Source: Armatimonadota bacterium | GTDB taxonomy: Bacteria; Vulcanimicrobiota; JACPDS01; JBDRKI01 | NCBI GenBank assembly: GCA_043814095.1 | Contig: JBDRKI010000001.1 | Coordinates: 1 to 47,299 of the forward strand | DNA length: 47,299 nucleotides | Direction: 5' to 3' | Part shown: one piece after another, positions 10,162 to 20,200 of the stretch | Layout: each line of letters begins with the position of its first letter | Numbering within the stretch: position 1 is the first letter of the stretch | Program-made: the position numbers and the translations under genes | Notes under the pieces: generated by a model | Told to the model about the DNA's origin: nothing | The model's database searches: none | What the model saw: the letters and a program-made list of their open reading frames with translations, nothing else

Positions 10162-10918
10162 CTTTATTATCCAGTAATATCAAACTTTTATAATTGCCTT
10201 TGGGCACATCGCCTAATTCAACCATGTAAGATGCGGAACATCCGGGGTATATGCGGAGCTTATCGCCTTCATAACGCCCGACAATATTACCTTCATTATC
10301 ATAAAGCTCCATCGCTATATAAGGAGATAAAGACCTCTCCCCTATATTCTCAACGTCAAGCTTAAAATATTTCTTGCCGTCCCTTGTTACAATGCTTTTA
10401 TCAAGAAACTTAATCTTTCTTTCGCCCGTATCTTCAATATTTGTTATTATCTGCACCCCGTAGCGGAGCATTGTCCTTACACCCAGCTTGGCTTTTCCGG
10501 GTTCATGTTTAATGCTGGTAGGGGGCTCTCCCATGGGTTCTACCATAATCATGCTCCAGTATGTCCCTTTAATCTCCGGGTCATTGGGAATCTGTATGGT
10601 ATATGTCACCGGCACAGTATCAAAAGGCGGGACAATAATCCTGTTGGCGCTTAAAGAAATCCAGTTCGCGTTGGACCGTTTAACGGAACCCGGGTCTATA
10701 TAATCATTTCTGCCGTCGGCATAAAATATATAGTCCTTCTGGTAAAGATCCACCTCTTCCGGTTTGTCGCCGTTATTTCTTAATGTAAAGACTCCTTCGA
10801 TTCTCTCGCCCGGTTTTACTTCGCTCTCCCTTGAAAGGGACCCTACAAGAGCCACTTTCGCAAAACAAACCTGCGTAAGAATAAGGCAAAACAGCAGAAC
10901 AAATATTACTTTCCTCAT
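10118..10918 (-). CDS. Fimbrial chaperone-like protein (PapD-like/DUF916-like, two Ig domains)
   Basis: Signal peptide; L.N.G, SNANWI, V.Y.IQIP, GTYWSMIMVEP, RYGVQI, VENIGER, IYPG; located between subunit and usher-like genes. Confidence 0.72.
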   Translation of the reverse strand: MRKVIFVLLFCLILTQVCFAKVALVGSLSRESEVKPGERIEGVFTLRNNGDKPEEVDLYQKDYIFYADGRNDYIDPGSVKRSNANWISLSANRIIVPPFDTVPVTYTIQIPNDPEIKGTYWSMIMVEPMGEPPTSIKHEPGKAKLGVRTMLRYGVQIITNIEDTGERKIKFLDKSIVTRDGKKYFKLDVENIGERSLSPYIAMELYDNEGNIVGRYEGDKLRIYPGCSASYMVELGDVPKGNYKSLILLDNKDEYVFGAQYDLAIE

Positions 10919-10936
10919 TTTTACCCTCCCTTTATA

Positions 10937-11416
10937 TTAGGTATCTATTATTGTAAAATAAGCGGTTGTTATATAGGTATTAGCGGGTATGCTAAGCGAC
11001 GGTCCCGTTAATTTATATTGAACATTTATTGTGGACCTATCACCCGCTCCTGAAAAAAATTCTAAATATGTATCATTAACCTGCATATAGGAAGTACCTT
11101 CTGAAATAGAACCCCCCCCGGTCCCCTCTGAAGTCCTCTTAACATACAGGGTGAAGCTGCCGCTCCATGTACCATCCACTCTCTTTACATCAATGCGCCA
11201 GGTATCAGAATTATCAATACATCCTGAAATATCTATAATCGCGGCATTAGTTATGCTTTCATATGTATCTGTTAATTCGCTCCCTGTACCGGCAGATAAA
11301 TCCTGATCATTAATTGTTTCATTCCAGTCCCCTGTAACTACAATTGTTAAAGCTTGTGTTTGAGTTAATGCTAAAATGATAAAAACCAGAATTAACAAGG
11401 GAATATATTTTTTCAT
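10937..11416 (-). CDS. Exported beta-rich protein, possible minor pilus subunit
   Basis: Signal peptide ending TQA; Thr/Gly/Ser-rich; C-terminal PANTY.TTAYFTIIDT strand; inside the operon. Confidence 0.62.
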   Translation of the reverse strand: MKKYIPLLILVFIILALTQTQALTIVVTGDWNETINDQDLSAGTGSELTDTYESITNAAIIDISGCIDNSDTWRIDVKRVDGTWSGSFTLYVKRTSEGTGGGSISEGTSYMQVNDTYLEFFSGAGDRSTINVQYKLTGPSLSIPANTYITTAYFTIIDT

Positions 11417-11453
11417 ATTTTACAACCACCTCCCTGCCTGTCGGAAATTAAAC

Positions 11454-11939
11454 TTAATCCGTTAAAGTAAATGTAAGCGTTCTTGAAGACAATCCCATAG
11501 TCCCCGCCGTCACGTTTGCGGAAAATTTATATGTTATGATCTTTGACGATGCCGCCAGACCGGTAATGCCGGTAACAAGGTTCTGAGCTAAATTAGTAAG
11601 GGGAACATCTCCCGCGCTTGAGGCGCCGGTAGGAGCCGCCAGATTTACATATAAAGTAACGCCTGTGGGCATATCCGCGTTCAGCTGGCCCGTTATTATT
11701 TTATTAGTGCCGTTTGTACTTACCGAATAGGTGGTGGAATTATCCGCAACCTGGACAGGCTGGGATCCCGCTACGGCGCTTGAAACAGCAAGGTTAGACG
11801 GGGCCCCCGAAACCGAAAGCTCGCTTATGCTCTGGACCTGGATTGTAAGCAGGCTTGTATCTTCCGTGCCGCAGAATACGGGAACTGCCGTCCCCGCAAC
11901 AAACAAAAATGCCAGTATGCACACCAGAATTTTCTTCAT
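11454..11939 (-). CDS. Exported pilin-like subunit (YAITTN family), probable major subunit of the operon
   Basis: Signal peptide; LLTIQVQSISE, AGSQP, YSVSTNGTNKIITG, MPTG, LAAPTGA, LTFTLTD. Confidence 0.8.
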   Translation of the reverse strand: MKKILVCILAFLFVAGTAVPVFCGTEDTSLLTIQVQSISELSVSGAPSNLAVSSAVAGSQPVQVADNSTTYSVSTNGTNKIITGQLNADMPTGVTLYVNLAAPTGASSAGDVPLTNLAQNLVTGITGLAASSKIITYKFSANVTAGTMGLSSRTLTFTLTD

Positions 11940-11989
11940 GATATTATCCCTCTTTGTTATTTGTCGCTGAAATTTATATATATATTTCC

Positions 11990-12625
11990 CTAATACTCTT
12001 CCCTGAGCAGGTTAATCATTTTTACCGCATTGGGGTCATTTCTGTCCACGGACAAAACTTTCTGGAATGATATAATGGCATCCTCAAAATATCCTTTCCG
12101 GTAATTCATAACACCCATATTATACATGGCTTCCACAAAGCCGGGCATAAATTTAACCGCCAGGGCAAACTCGCCTATGGCCTGCTCGTAGAACGCTTCA
12201 TTCTCGCTCATGGAAATTCCTAATGTAAAATGCACATCGGCCTGTTTGGGATCCACCTTAAACTGCTTGCTCTTATCTTCTTTCTGGAATGGGGAGAAAA
12301 TTCTCTCAAGTAAAGACCCCTCTCTTTTATACTGCGGTTTTTTTGTGTATCCCAGAGCGGCCATAGGATCATCCGGCGAACTCTTTCTTGATTTCCTGAG
12401 CTGGAAAAACACCTGGCTGTCATACGCCCTTTTTTTCTCCGGATCAACAAGAATATTATATGCCTCAACAAGTTCTTTCATTTTTTCGTCCGAATAAATT
12501 TTTAAATCCGGATTTAAGTCCGGGTGGTATTTTTTAGAAAGCTCCCTGTACGCCTTTTTAATCTCATCAGCCGTTGCCACAGGAGCGATATTAAGCGTTT
12601 TGTAATAATCTCTTTTCGCAGCCAT
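11990..12625 (-). CDS. J-domain (DnaJ-like) protein with C-terminal TPRs
   Basis: DYY..L, EIKKAYR.L..KYHPD (HPD motif), AY.IL.D..KR..YD; TPR helices. Confidence 0.88.
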   Translation of the reverse strand: MAAKRDYYKTLNIAPVATADEIKKAYRELSKKYHPDLNPDLKIYSDEKMKELVEAYNILVDPEKKRAYDSQVFFQLRKSRKSSPDDPMAALGYTKKPQYKREGSLLERIFSPFQKEDKSKQFKVDPKQADVHFTLGISMSENEAFYEQAIGEFALAVKFMPGFVEAMYNMGVMNYRKGYFEDAIISFQKVLSVDRNDPNAVKMINLLREEY

Positions 12626-12644
12626 AATAAACCTCTCTTTAATA

Positions 12645-13520
12645 TTATTCAGCTTTTACAATGTCCAGCATACTGCGGGCTTCCGCGTCTTCCGGGTCCA
12701 TTTTCAATATTACTTCAATCTGTTCCCGCGCACTGTCATTTTTTTTCATTTCAATGTATAAATTCGCAAGATTTCTCCTGGCGGAAATATAGTCCGGATA
12801 ATCATTTACAAGTACTTTTAATATTTTTTCCGCTTCTTTCTTTTTATTCTCCATGATCATGGATATAGCCAGATTATTATAGCATAAAGAATTGGTAAAG
12901 CCGCTTTTTATGGCTTTTTTATACTCTTTTACGGCTTTAAAGTTCTGCCCTATATCCGAATATAAATTACCGAGATTGAAATGGGCTTTGCCGTACCTGG
13001 GATTTATTTTTATCGCCTGTTTGTAGCTTCTTTCGGCAAGCTCATAAAGCTGAGCTTTCTCGTATGCCACACCCAGGTTATTGTGCACATCGGCGTAAGT
13101 ATATTTTACCTTGACGGAAAGGACTCTTTTAAACTCTTCTATCGCCTGTTCGGTAAGATTCTCGTCATTATACAGCTCTCCCAGTTTTCTGCGCGCTTCA
13201 ATATAGTTAGGATTTATTTTTATCGCTTTCTGAAGCTCCGATATTGCCTTGCCGGCCATGCCTTTGGCCTCATAAGCACAGGCAAGCTTAAAATGAACAT
13301 CCGGATAACCGTTCTCAACCCGGGATAAAAGCGTGGTATAGTTTTCTATCGCCTTATCAATCAGATTTTCTATTTCATAAACAAAAGAAAACTGGATCAT
13401 CTTGTTTATCTGCTCCCCGGTTAAACAGCTCTTATCAACACTTTCTTTTAACGGCAGACCGCAGTTTCTGCAAAAATTATCTTTCCCGGCTATATTTTCA
13501 TTGCAGGAAGGACAGTGCAT
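12645..13520 (-). CDS. Zinc-ribbon plus TPR-repeat protein
   Basis: CPSC...FCRNCG; multiple TPR repeats ([22 protein letters not shown]). Confidence 0.88.
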   Translation of the reverse strand: MHCPSCNENIAGKDNFCRNCGLPLKESVDKSCLTGEQINKMIQFSFVYEIENLIDKAIENYTTLLSRVENGYPDVHFKLACAYEAKGMAGKAISELQKAIKINPNYIEARRKLGELYNDENLTEQAIEEFKRVLSVKVKYTYADVHNNLGVAYEKAQLYELAERSYKQAIKINPRYGKAHFNLGNLYSDIGQNFKAVKEYKKAIKSGFTNSLCYNNLAISMIMENKKKEAEKILKVLVNDYPDYISARRNLANLYIEMKKNDSAREQIEVILKMDPEDAEARSMLDIVKAE

Positions 13521-13621
13521 AATACCTCCTATATAAAAAAGCTTTATTTTATATAATATAATTATTCAATATAAGGAAAAAGTCCTTTTTTATCTTTAAG
13601 TTAATTATTTATCAATATTTG

Positions 13622-13650
13622 TTTACAAAGCCCCGGCTTTTTTATACAAT
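13622..13650 (+). promoter_or_regulatory. Sigma70-type promoter for the GNAT-peptidase pair, with a palindrome in the spacer
   Basis: TTTACA (13622-27) - 17 bp - TACAAT (13645-50); AAAGCC-cc-GGCTTT at 13627-13640. Confidence 0.45.
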
Positions 13651-13688
13651 TTTATAGGAGATTTTTATCCGTTACAGAAAGATACATT

Positions 13689-14291
13689 ATGAATCTGATA
13701 AACTTTTTATTCCCTAACACAATAAAATGGCCGGAACTGACGGGTAACCGTATTTACATGGCGCATTTTGACAATAAATATATTGAAAATCTGCGCGCAT
13801 TTCTTGCCGATCCGCATACCGTAAAGCTGGCTTTCGGCATTTCCGGCGATTTTAACCGCTCAAAGATCGCGGAAAATTATATTATGCAGGTTAAACAGTC
13901 CGCCGGCAAAACTTTAAGCATTTTTTCTAAAAATGATGCATCTTTTATAGGGGTCGCGCATATATCTTTTGTAAATTTTTTTTCAAAAAACTATAAGTTC
14001 GGAATTCTTTTGGGGGATAAAAATTATCAGGACAAAGGGCTGGGCAGGGACTGTGTTTATACGGTCTTAGAATATTTATTTGAAAATAAAAAAGTAAATT
14101 CCGTAACCCTGGAAACGGCCGATTTTAATCACAGAGCGCGTAAATGTTTTGAAGTCTGCGGTTTCAAAAAAATATCCGCGTTCAGGGATTTTGATGAAAC
14201 AGCACGTCAGTATTCAAATAAAATTCTGTATAAGATAACAAAAGAGGAATATCTGGGTAAAACCCAGATCGCAAAATCAGGGAGGAAATAA
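13689..14291 (+). CDS. GNAT (RimJ/RimL-like) N-acetyltransferase
   Basis: FIG, GILLGDKNYQDKGLG (motif A), N.RA.KCFE.CGF. Confidence 0.85.
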   Translation: MNLINFLFPNTIKWPELTGNRIYMAHFDNKYIENLRAFLADPHTVKLAFGISGDFNRSKIAENYIMQVKQSAGKTLSIFSKNDASFIGVAHISFVNFFSKNYKFGILLGDKNYQDKGLGRDCVYTVLEYLFENKKVNSVTLETADFNHRARKCFEVCGFKKISAFRDFDETARQYSNKILYKITKEEYLGKTQIAKSGRK

Positions 14292-15265
14292 TGGAAGTTC
14301 AAGGTCCGGATTTTAAAGGTTACGATAAACAGCACCTTCAGGTCACAAGACGGTTAACTCCCGAAGTTATAAAGCCTAATATTTTCAGGGGACTTTCAAA
14401 TGAAGCGTCTGTCGCGCTTCTTATGACAGACCTTATACTTCTAAGCCCTGAAGCGGAAAAACTGTTAAAAAAACTTAAAGAAAAATGGAACCAGTCGGAT
14501 GAGAACATGGAAGATATGATGTCCGATGAAGAATTTATATCTAACCTGCACCAGCTTAAGAAAATGGTGGCGAAAAAGAAAAAACCCGACCAGCAGGGAG
14601 AAAAAGTGAATTATATCCACCAGTATGTGGCACCAATAGACGAAGAAAAAGAAAAACACAAAGACAAAGAACCCGTAAAAAAATCCATGGGTTATTCGCC
14701 GCTTCGCGAAAGCATAAATAATATGATAGTACATACCCCGGGTGACGAGGTTAAAAATAAATTAATAAAAGAAGCCGAAGCATTAGGCGAAAGTATCATA
14801 CTGGCATGCAAGCAGTTCGGGGTAAGGATAATAATCCTTAAAATTAACCAGTCCATAACCGACATAAGGATAGCTGACATGCAGGTTGTTGGCGCCGGAG
14901 AAAGAACCTCCGACGGAAGACCGTGGAAAGCGGTAAGGGGTCTTTATGACCAGAGCCGGAGAATCATAGTTATCGGGGAAGAACAGATAGGTAGAAAAAG
15001 CTCTTCAACAATAAGGCATGAACTCGCCCACGCTTTTGATCATACGTTCACGACAAAAAACCAGAGAAAGCTCCCCCTCTCGGTACAGCTGTGGAACCTC
15101 TTCCACCATGAAAGAAAAGAACTGGTAAGCGATTACGCGGGAACAAATCCGGCTGAATACTTCGCTGAATCTGTTGAGGAATATTTTAATATCGGCGGGT
15201 CTGACAGGTTAAAAGAAAAAGACCCCCTTATGTATGAATATCTGGAAAAGCTTTTCAGTATATAA
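14291..15265 (+). CDS. Zinc metallopeptidase, anthrax lethal-factor/MtfA-like C-terminal domain
   Basis: HELAH (HExxH) plus SDYAGTNPAEYFAES third-ligand motif and LKEKDPLMYEYL; no signal peptide. Confidence 0.78.
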   Translation: MEVQGPDFKGYDKQHLQVTRRLTPEVIKPNIFRGLSNEASVALLMTDLILLSPEAEKLLKKLKEKWNQSDENMEDMMSDEEFISNLHQLKKMVAKKKKPDQQGEKVNYIHQYVAPIDEEKEKHKDKEPVKKSMGYSPLRESINNMIVHTPGDEVKNKLIKEAEALGESIILACKQFGVRIIILKINQSITDIRIADMQVVGAGERTSDGRPWKAVRGLYDQSRRIIVIGEEQIGRKSSSTIRHELAHAFDHTFTTKNQRKLPLSVQLWNLFHHERKELVSDYAGTNPAEYFAESVEEYFNIGGSDRLKEKDPLMYEYLEKLFSI

Positions 15266-17096
15266 CCGTGGTATTGCCGCCTTTTTCCTTTGCCCTGGCA
15301 AAGGCCTCCAGGGCGGCGGAAAGAAACTGGTCCGAAGATATAAAAGAAGGATTATAAAAAGCAAGCCCCATGCCCGCCTGGGTATTTATCTTCTCGCCGA
15401 AGGCCCTGGCGAATATCCTTACGCCTACAGCCATTCTTAAGCGCTCCGCTATCAGCATGGCTTCATTCTTATCGGTATGTATAAGGAGAATGGCGAACTC
15501 TTCCGCCCCGAGCCGCCCAATCACATCCCCGGCCCTGCAGTGGGAAATAAGAAGATCCCCCACTTCTTTTAAAACCGAATTTACTATCAATGCATTGTAT
15601 TTAGATCTTATCCTGTCAAAATTATTAAGTTCCAGGACAATTAATGTGGTATTGTAATTATATCTTTTAGATCTTTCAAACTCGTCTTTTAACCGCTCCT
15701 TAAAATAATAGCTTGTATATAGATCCGTCATGTTGTCTTTTATACCGCTTGATATATCCATGTGATATTCTTTGACAAATTTTAACGCGACTGAAAGAAG
15801 CTTAACAAACAGGTTAACCTTCTCAATATCCTCCTGTGAAAAACCGTCAACTTCAGCTCTGCCTAAATATATAACGCCTAAAATATTATCTTCGTATAAT
15901 AAAGGCACGACAATTGCGCTTTTTTCATATCCTATAAGGGTGGCTATTTCCTGCCCCCCCATATCAATACTGCCGTCGGAAACAACTACCGTCCTTTTAT
16001 TTTTAGCGGCCCATCCAGCGATACCCTGGCCGGGCTCATAACTTGTTCCTTCAAAATATGTTTTATAAGGGGAAGCAACCGCTTCACAGCTTAATTTCAT
16101 ATTTTTATCAACCGGCTTTAAAATAAAAACGGCCATAGTCTGGGACGGCATAACTTCGGCCAGCATCTTCATAATATTGGAATAAGTCTCATCCATATGT
16201 GCGGATATATTCAACCTCTGGAAAACATTTATAAGCTTTGTAAGACTCCCTACCCTGGATTCCAGATATTCCAGTCTGTGCTTTACCTTACCGCTCTGCT
16301 TCTTCAGTTCTTCTACGCTTTTTTCTTCTTTTGCCTGAGCCATTGAAAGAAGCTCCTGCCCCTGATACATTATCTCATTGAGGCGCTCCTCAGCTTCTTT
16401 TAACTCCCTTGATTTATTCTGCAGGTCAAAATTAAGGCGCTGGACAGCGTCCTGTTTGTGGCTAAGCTCGTTGCATAATTCCTTAACCTGCTGTTTAATA
16501 TCCCTTGTTTCTTTCTCGGCGCTTTCCGTTGCGCGTAAAGCTTCTTTCTCCTTGCCTTCTATAACACGCTCGGTTTTAAACAGCCTGTAAAAAAAGACCA
16601 GAATAATTAAAAGCATGAAGAGGTAAATCCTGATCTGTGCCTGGAAATCCGCCATGAAAGGTTCATTCTGGCGGTCATGCAGGATGCCCCATATATGCCC
16701 CAGCAAAGGAAAATACACAATTACCAGAATCACGCCGATAACAAGAGTCATTAAAACACCCAAAAATACCAGCACTTCAATAACCGGGAATATAACTGCC
16801 ATGGCAAAAAATCCCGCGCCGAAAAAGAAAGTTAAAAATATACCGAAAGCTATATCGGCGGCAATTACAATGAATAAAATCAGTTTTTCCATTATAAATC
16901 TTGAGGTTATAAAAGCCGCCAGAACCTGGTAAATGGTAAGAACCGCGATTATAATTACAGGCGCGTCAAAAGGAGCCGGGAGCGAGGTTACTTCTTTAGT
17001 GCAGAAATTAGTAAGCAGAAGTCCCAGCACAAAGAACAGGAACCTGAATGAAATTATGGTGCGTTTGTATTTTTCCCTTGTATCTATGCTTGTCAC
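15255..17096 (-). CDS. Membrane protein: TM - coiled coil - GAF - degenerate GGDEF
   Basis: About 6 hydrophobic segments; GAF (GIAGW, SAIVVPL..GVIYL); D.MT.LY, RAGD I-site, RLGAEEF. Confidence 0.85.
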   Translation of the reverse strand: MTSIDTREKYKRTIISFRFLFFVLGLLLTNFCTKEVTSLPAPFDAPVIIIAVLTIYQVLAAFITSRFIMEKLILFIVIAADIAFGIFLTFFFGAGFFAMAVIFPVIEVLVFLGVLMTLVIGVILVIVYFPLLGHIWGILHDRQNEPFMADFQAQIRIYLFMLLIILVFFYRLFKTERVIEGKEKEALRATESAEKETRDIKQQVKELCNELSHKQDAVQRLNFDLQNKSRELKEAEERLNEIMYQGQELLSMAQAKEEKSVEELKKQSGKVKHRLEYLESRVGSLTKLINVFQRLNISAHMDETYSNIMKMLAEVMPSQTMAVFILKPVDKNMKLSCEAVASPYKTYFEGTSYEPGQGIAGWAAKNKRTVVVSDGSIDMGGQEIATLIGYEKSAIVVPLLYEDNILGVIYLGRAEVDGFSQEDIEKVNLFVKLLSVALKFVKEYHMDISSGIKDNMTDLYTSYYFKERLKDEFERSKRYNYNTTLIVLELNNFDRIRSKYNALIVNSVLKEVGDLLISHCRAGDVIGRLGAEEFAILLIHTDKNEAMLIAERLRMAVGVRIFARAFGEKINTQAGMGLAFYNPSFISSDQFLSAALEAFARAKEKGGNTTVIY

Positions 17097-17255
17097 TGCT
17101 TTTATTCCTTAATTCAAGTCTGATTACCCGGTTATTTGTTTATACTTATTCTTCAAATTATTTTTTTAATCCTTTTAATTCTTTTATTATTTAAGTTCTT
17201 TGTTTTTTAAAAATCCTTTTCTAAATCAAGATAATATTATATAATTATTTATGTT

Positions 17256-20200
17256 ATGGTAATAGATTTTCTCTTGCAAAAATTTAAATACATAAAGGAT
17301 GATATTGAGAATATAAAAGAAATAACCGGCCTAACCTCTCACGGGCGCAGTTTTCTTTTATCCTGCATCTTTAATCTTTTGAATAAAACCGTATTTTTCA
17401 TAACATCCACCGAAGAGCGGGCTCTTCAGGTTTCTGATGAGGCAAAATTCTTTCTTGGAAGTACGAACAATATATATAATTTTTACGAGAAAGAGGAATT
17501 TGAAAACCAGAGATTAAACGTTCTTGATTCCATAACCAAAAACAAAGATAAAAATAATTTAATTATATCTTCAATTAAAGCGGTTCTTCAGAAAACCGTA
17601 TCCAAAGATGAATTCAAAAAAGCGAAAATAAGCTTAACAAAGAATGAAAAATACGATCTTGCTTCTCTGATAAAACAGCTTGTAAGCTTCGGTTATGAGA
17701 AAAACTATATGGTTAATTCCCGCGGGGAGTTCTCGCAAAGAGGATGTATTTTAGATATATTCCCTTCCAATTTCAACCCAGTGAGGATAGAGTTTCTTTA
17801 TGACGCTATTGAAAGCATACGCGTATTTGATCCCGTAACCCAGAGATCAACCGAGCTTATAGATTCGGTAAACATCCTGCCGGCCAAAGAACTGGATTCG
17901 GCTTCCAACATCCTGGATTACCTTCCTAAAAATTCATTAATTATACTGGATGAGCCTGCGAGTTTAAAACTCCATGTCATGGAATATCTTGATGATTTAA
18001 ACATAAAGGAATTTGACCTGAAAAATGTCACGAAAAACAAAAAAACTCTGATTTTTTCCCGGAGCAGTGAAGAAGAAGGTCCGGGCATTTTAAAATTAAA
18101 TTTTAAGGATGTTTATTCATTCGGCGGCAAGATGCCGCAGGTTTACGAAAATTTAAAATCATGGAGCAAAGAAGGCATAACCGTACTTATCGTTTCAACT
18201 CAGTATAACCGCCTTAAGGATATCCTCTCAGGGGAAAACATACCTTCCCTCCATTATAATATTCCCGGACAGATGCAAAAAGGGCAGATTATTATTACGG
18301 AAGGCAAAATTAAAAACGGATTTTTGCTGGAAGAATCGGATTTAATAGTATTAAGCGACAGCGAACTTTTCGGCTCCGTGTACAGGCCGCCGCACGCGGC
18401 CGTCATACCTAAAAAATCGGTATCGCCGAAAGATGAAATAAAGCTCGGTGACTTTATTGTCCATAAAAACTACGGCATAGCAAAATTTGCACGCCTTAAC
18501 TGCATGGAAATAGAAGGCAGCAAAAAAGACTACCTTATTCTTGAATTTGACAAGGGAGCAAGACTCTACCATCCGTTTGACCAGATGGACCTGCTTGAAA
18601 GATATGTGGCCCCCGAAGGCTCGCATGTAAAGCTGTCCCTGCTCGGTTCCTCCGTATTCCTAAAAAGCCGGGCTAAAATTAAAGAATCGGTTAAAGAAGT
18701 TGCCGCCCAGCTTCTTAAACTTTACGCCGAAAGACAGAAAATAAAAGGGTACAGGTTTTCATCCGATACTGTATGGCAGTCTGAACTTGAAGCCGCGTTT
18801 CCTTTTGAAGAGACTCCCGACCAGCTTGATGCCATAAAATGCGTAAAACAGGACATGGAATCTGAGCTCCCCACCGACAGGCTCATATGCGGAGACGCGG
18901 GCTTCGGCAAAACGGAGGTCGCCCTGCGCGCCGCCTTTAAAGCCGCCACAGACCATAAACAAACAGCCGTCCTTGTTCCCACAACGGTTCTTGCCCAGCA
19001 GCATTATGAGACATTCTCCGAAAGGCTGTCAACATTTCCGGTAAAGGTTGAAGTTTTATCAAGGTTTAAAACCCCTTCTCAGCAGAAAAAGATTATAGAA
19101 GGCCTGATAGAAGGAAAAGTTGATATTATTATAGGAACACACCGGCTACTCCAGAAAGACATAAAATTTAAAAACCTGGGTCTTTTAATAATAGATGAAG
19201 AGCACCGGTTCGGGGTAAAACAGAAAGAAAATCTTAAGCAGATGAAGAAAAACCTCGATTGCATTACTTTAACCGCAACGCCAATACCGCGTACTTTCCA
19301 GATGGCCGTATCGGGCATAAAAAACTTAAGCATGATAAACACCCCGCCGGAGCACCGAATACCGGTTAAAACCTACCTTTTTGAATACAGCAAAGATATA
19401 ATAAAGGGGGCATTGATAAGGGAACTTGAACGCGGAGGCCAGGTATTTTACTTAAATGACCGCGTACGGGGCATAGAAAAAGAAGCTGCCGCCTTACAGA
19501 AACTTATACCCCACGCGAGAATTACAATAGCGCACGGCCAGATGCCGGTTCATAAGCTTGAAGATATAATGCATGAATTCACCCAGCATAAATACGATAT
19601 ACTTGTATGCACAACCATAATTGAGAGCGGGCTTGATATCCCCGAGGCAAATACCATAATAATACGCAACGCTCAGAATTTCGGGTTAAGCCAGCTTTAC
19701 CAGATAAGAGGAAGAGTCGGAAGAAGAAATCTGCAGGCATTTGCCTATTTCCTGTACCCAAGAAATACCGTATTTAATTCAAATGCCGTAAAGAGAATGG
19801 AAACCCTGAAAGAATTCTCTGACCTCGGAAGCGGGTTCCAGATCGCGCTTAAAGACCTGGAGATAAGAGGCGCCGGCAACCTTCTCGGGACCGCCCAGCA
19901 CGGCTTCATAGAAGCTGTGGGTTTCAATGAATACTGCCGCCTTATCAAAGAAGCCGTAAGCGAACTTAAAGGGGAAGATACAGAATCTCCTCCCCCCTCG
20001 CCCACCATTGATATCCCCCTTCAGGCATATATACCTGAAGAATACATATCCGATAAAAAAGTTAAGCTGGAGTATTATAAAAAGCTGGCTGATTTTAAAG
20101 ACATAAAAGAACTTGAGAGCATAAAAAAAGAATTTACCGACCTTTTCGGCCCGTATCCTGTTGAGATGGAGAACCTTTTCATTGTTATTTCCTTAAGGAT

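Noticed and set aside
13627-13640. AAAGCCCCGGCTTT identical to part of the terminator at 23323-23336
   Set aside because: A single 14-bp match in a different context; may be chance. Noted only as a possible operator in the promoter spacer
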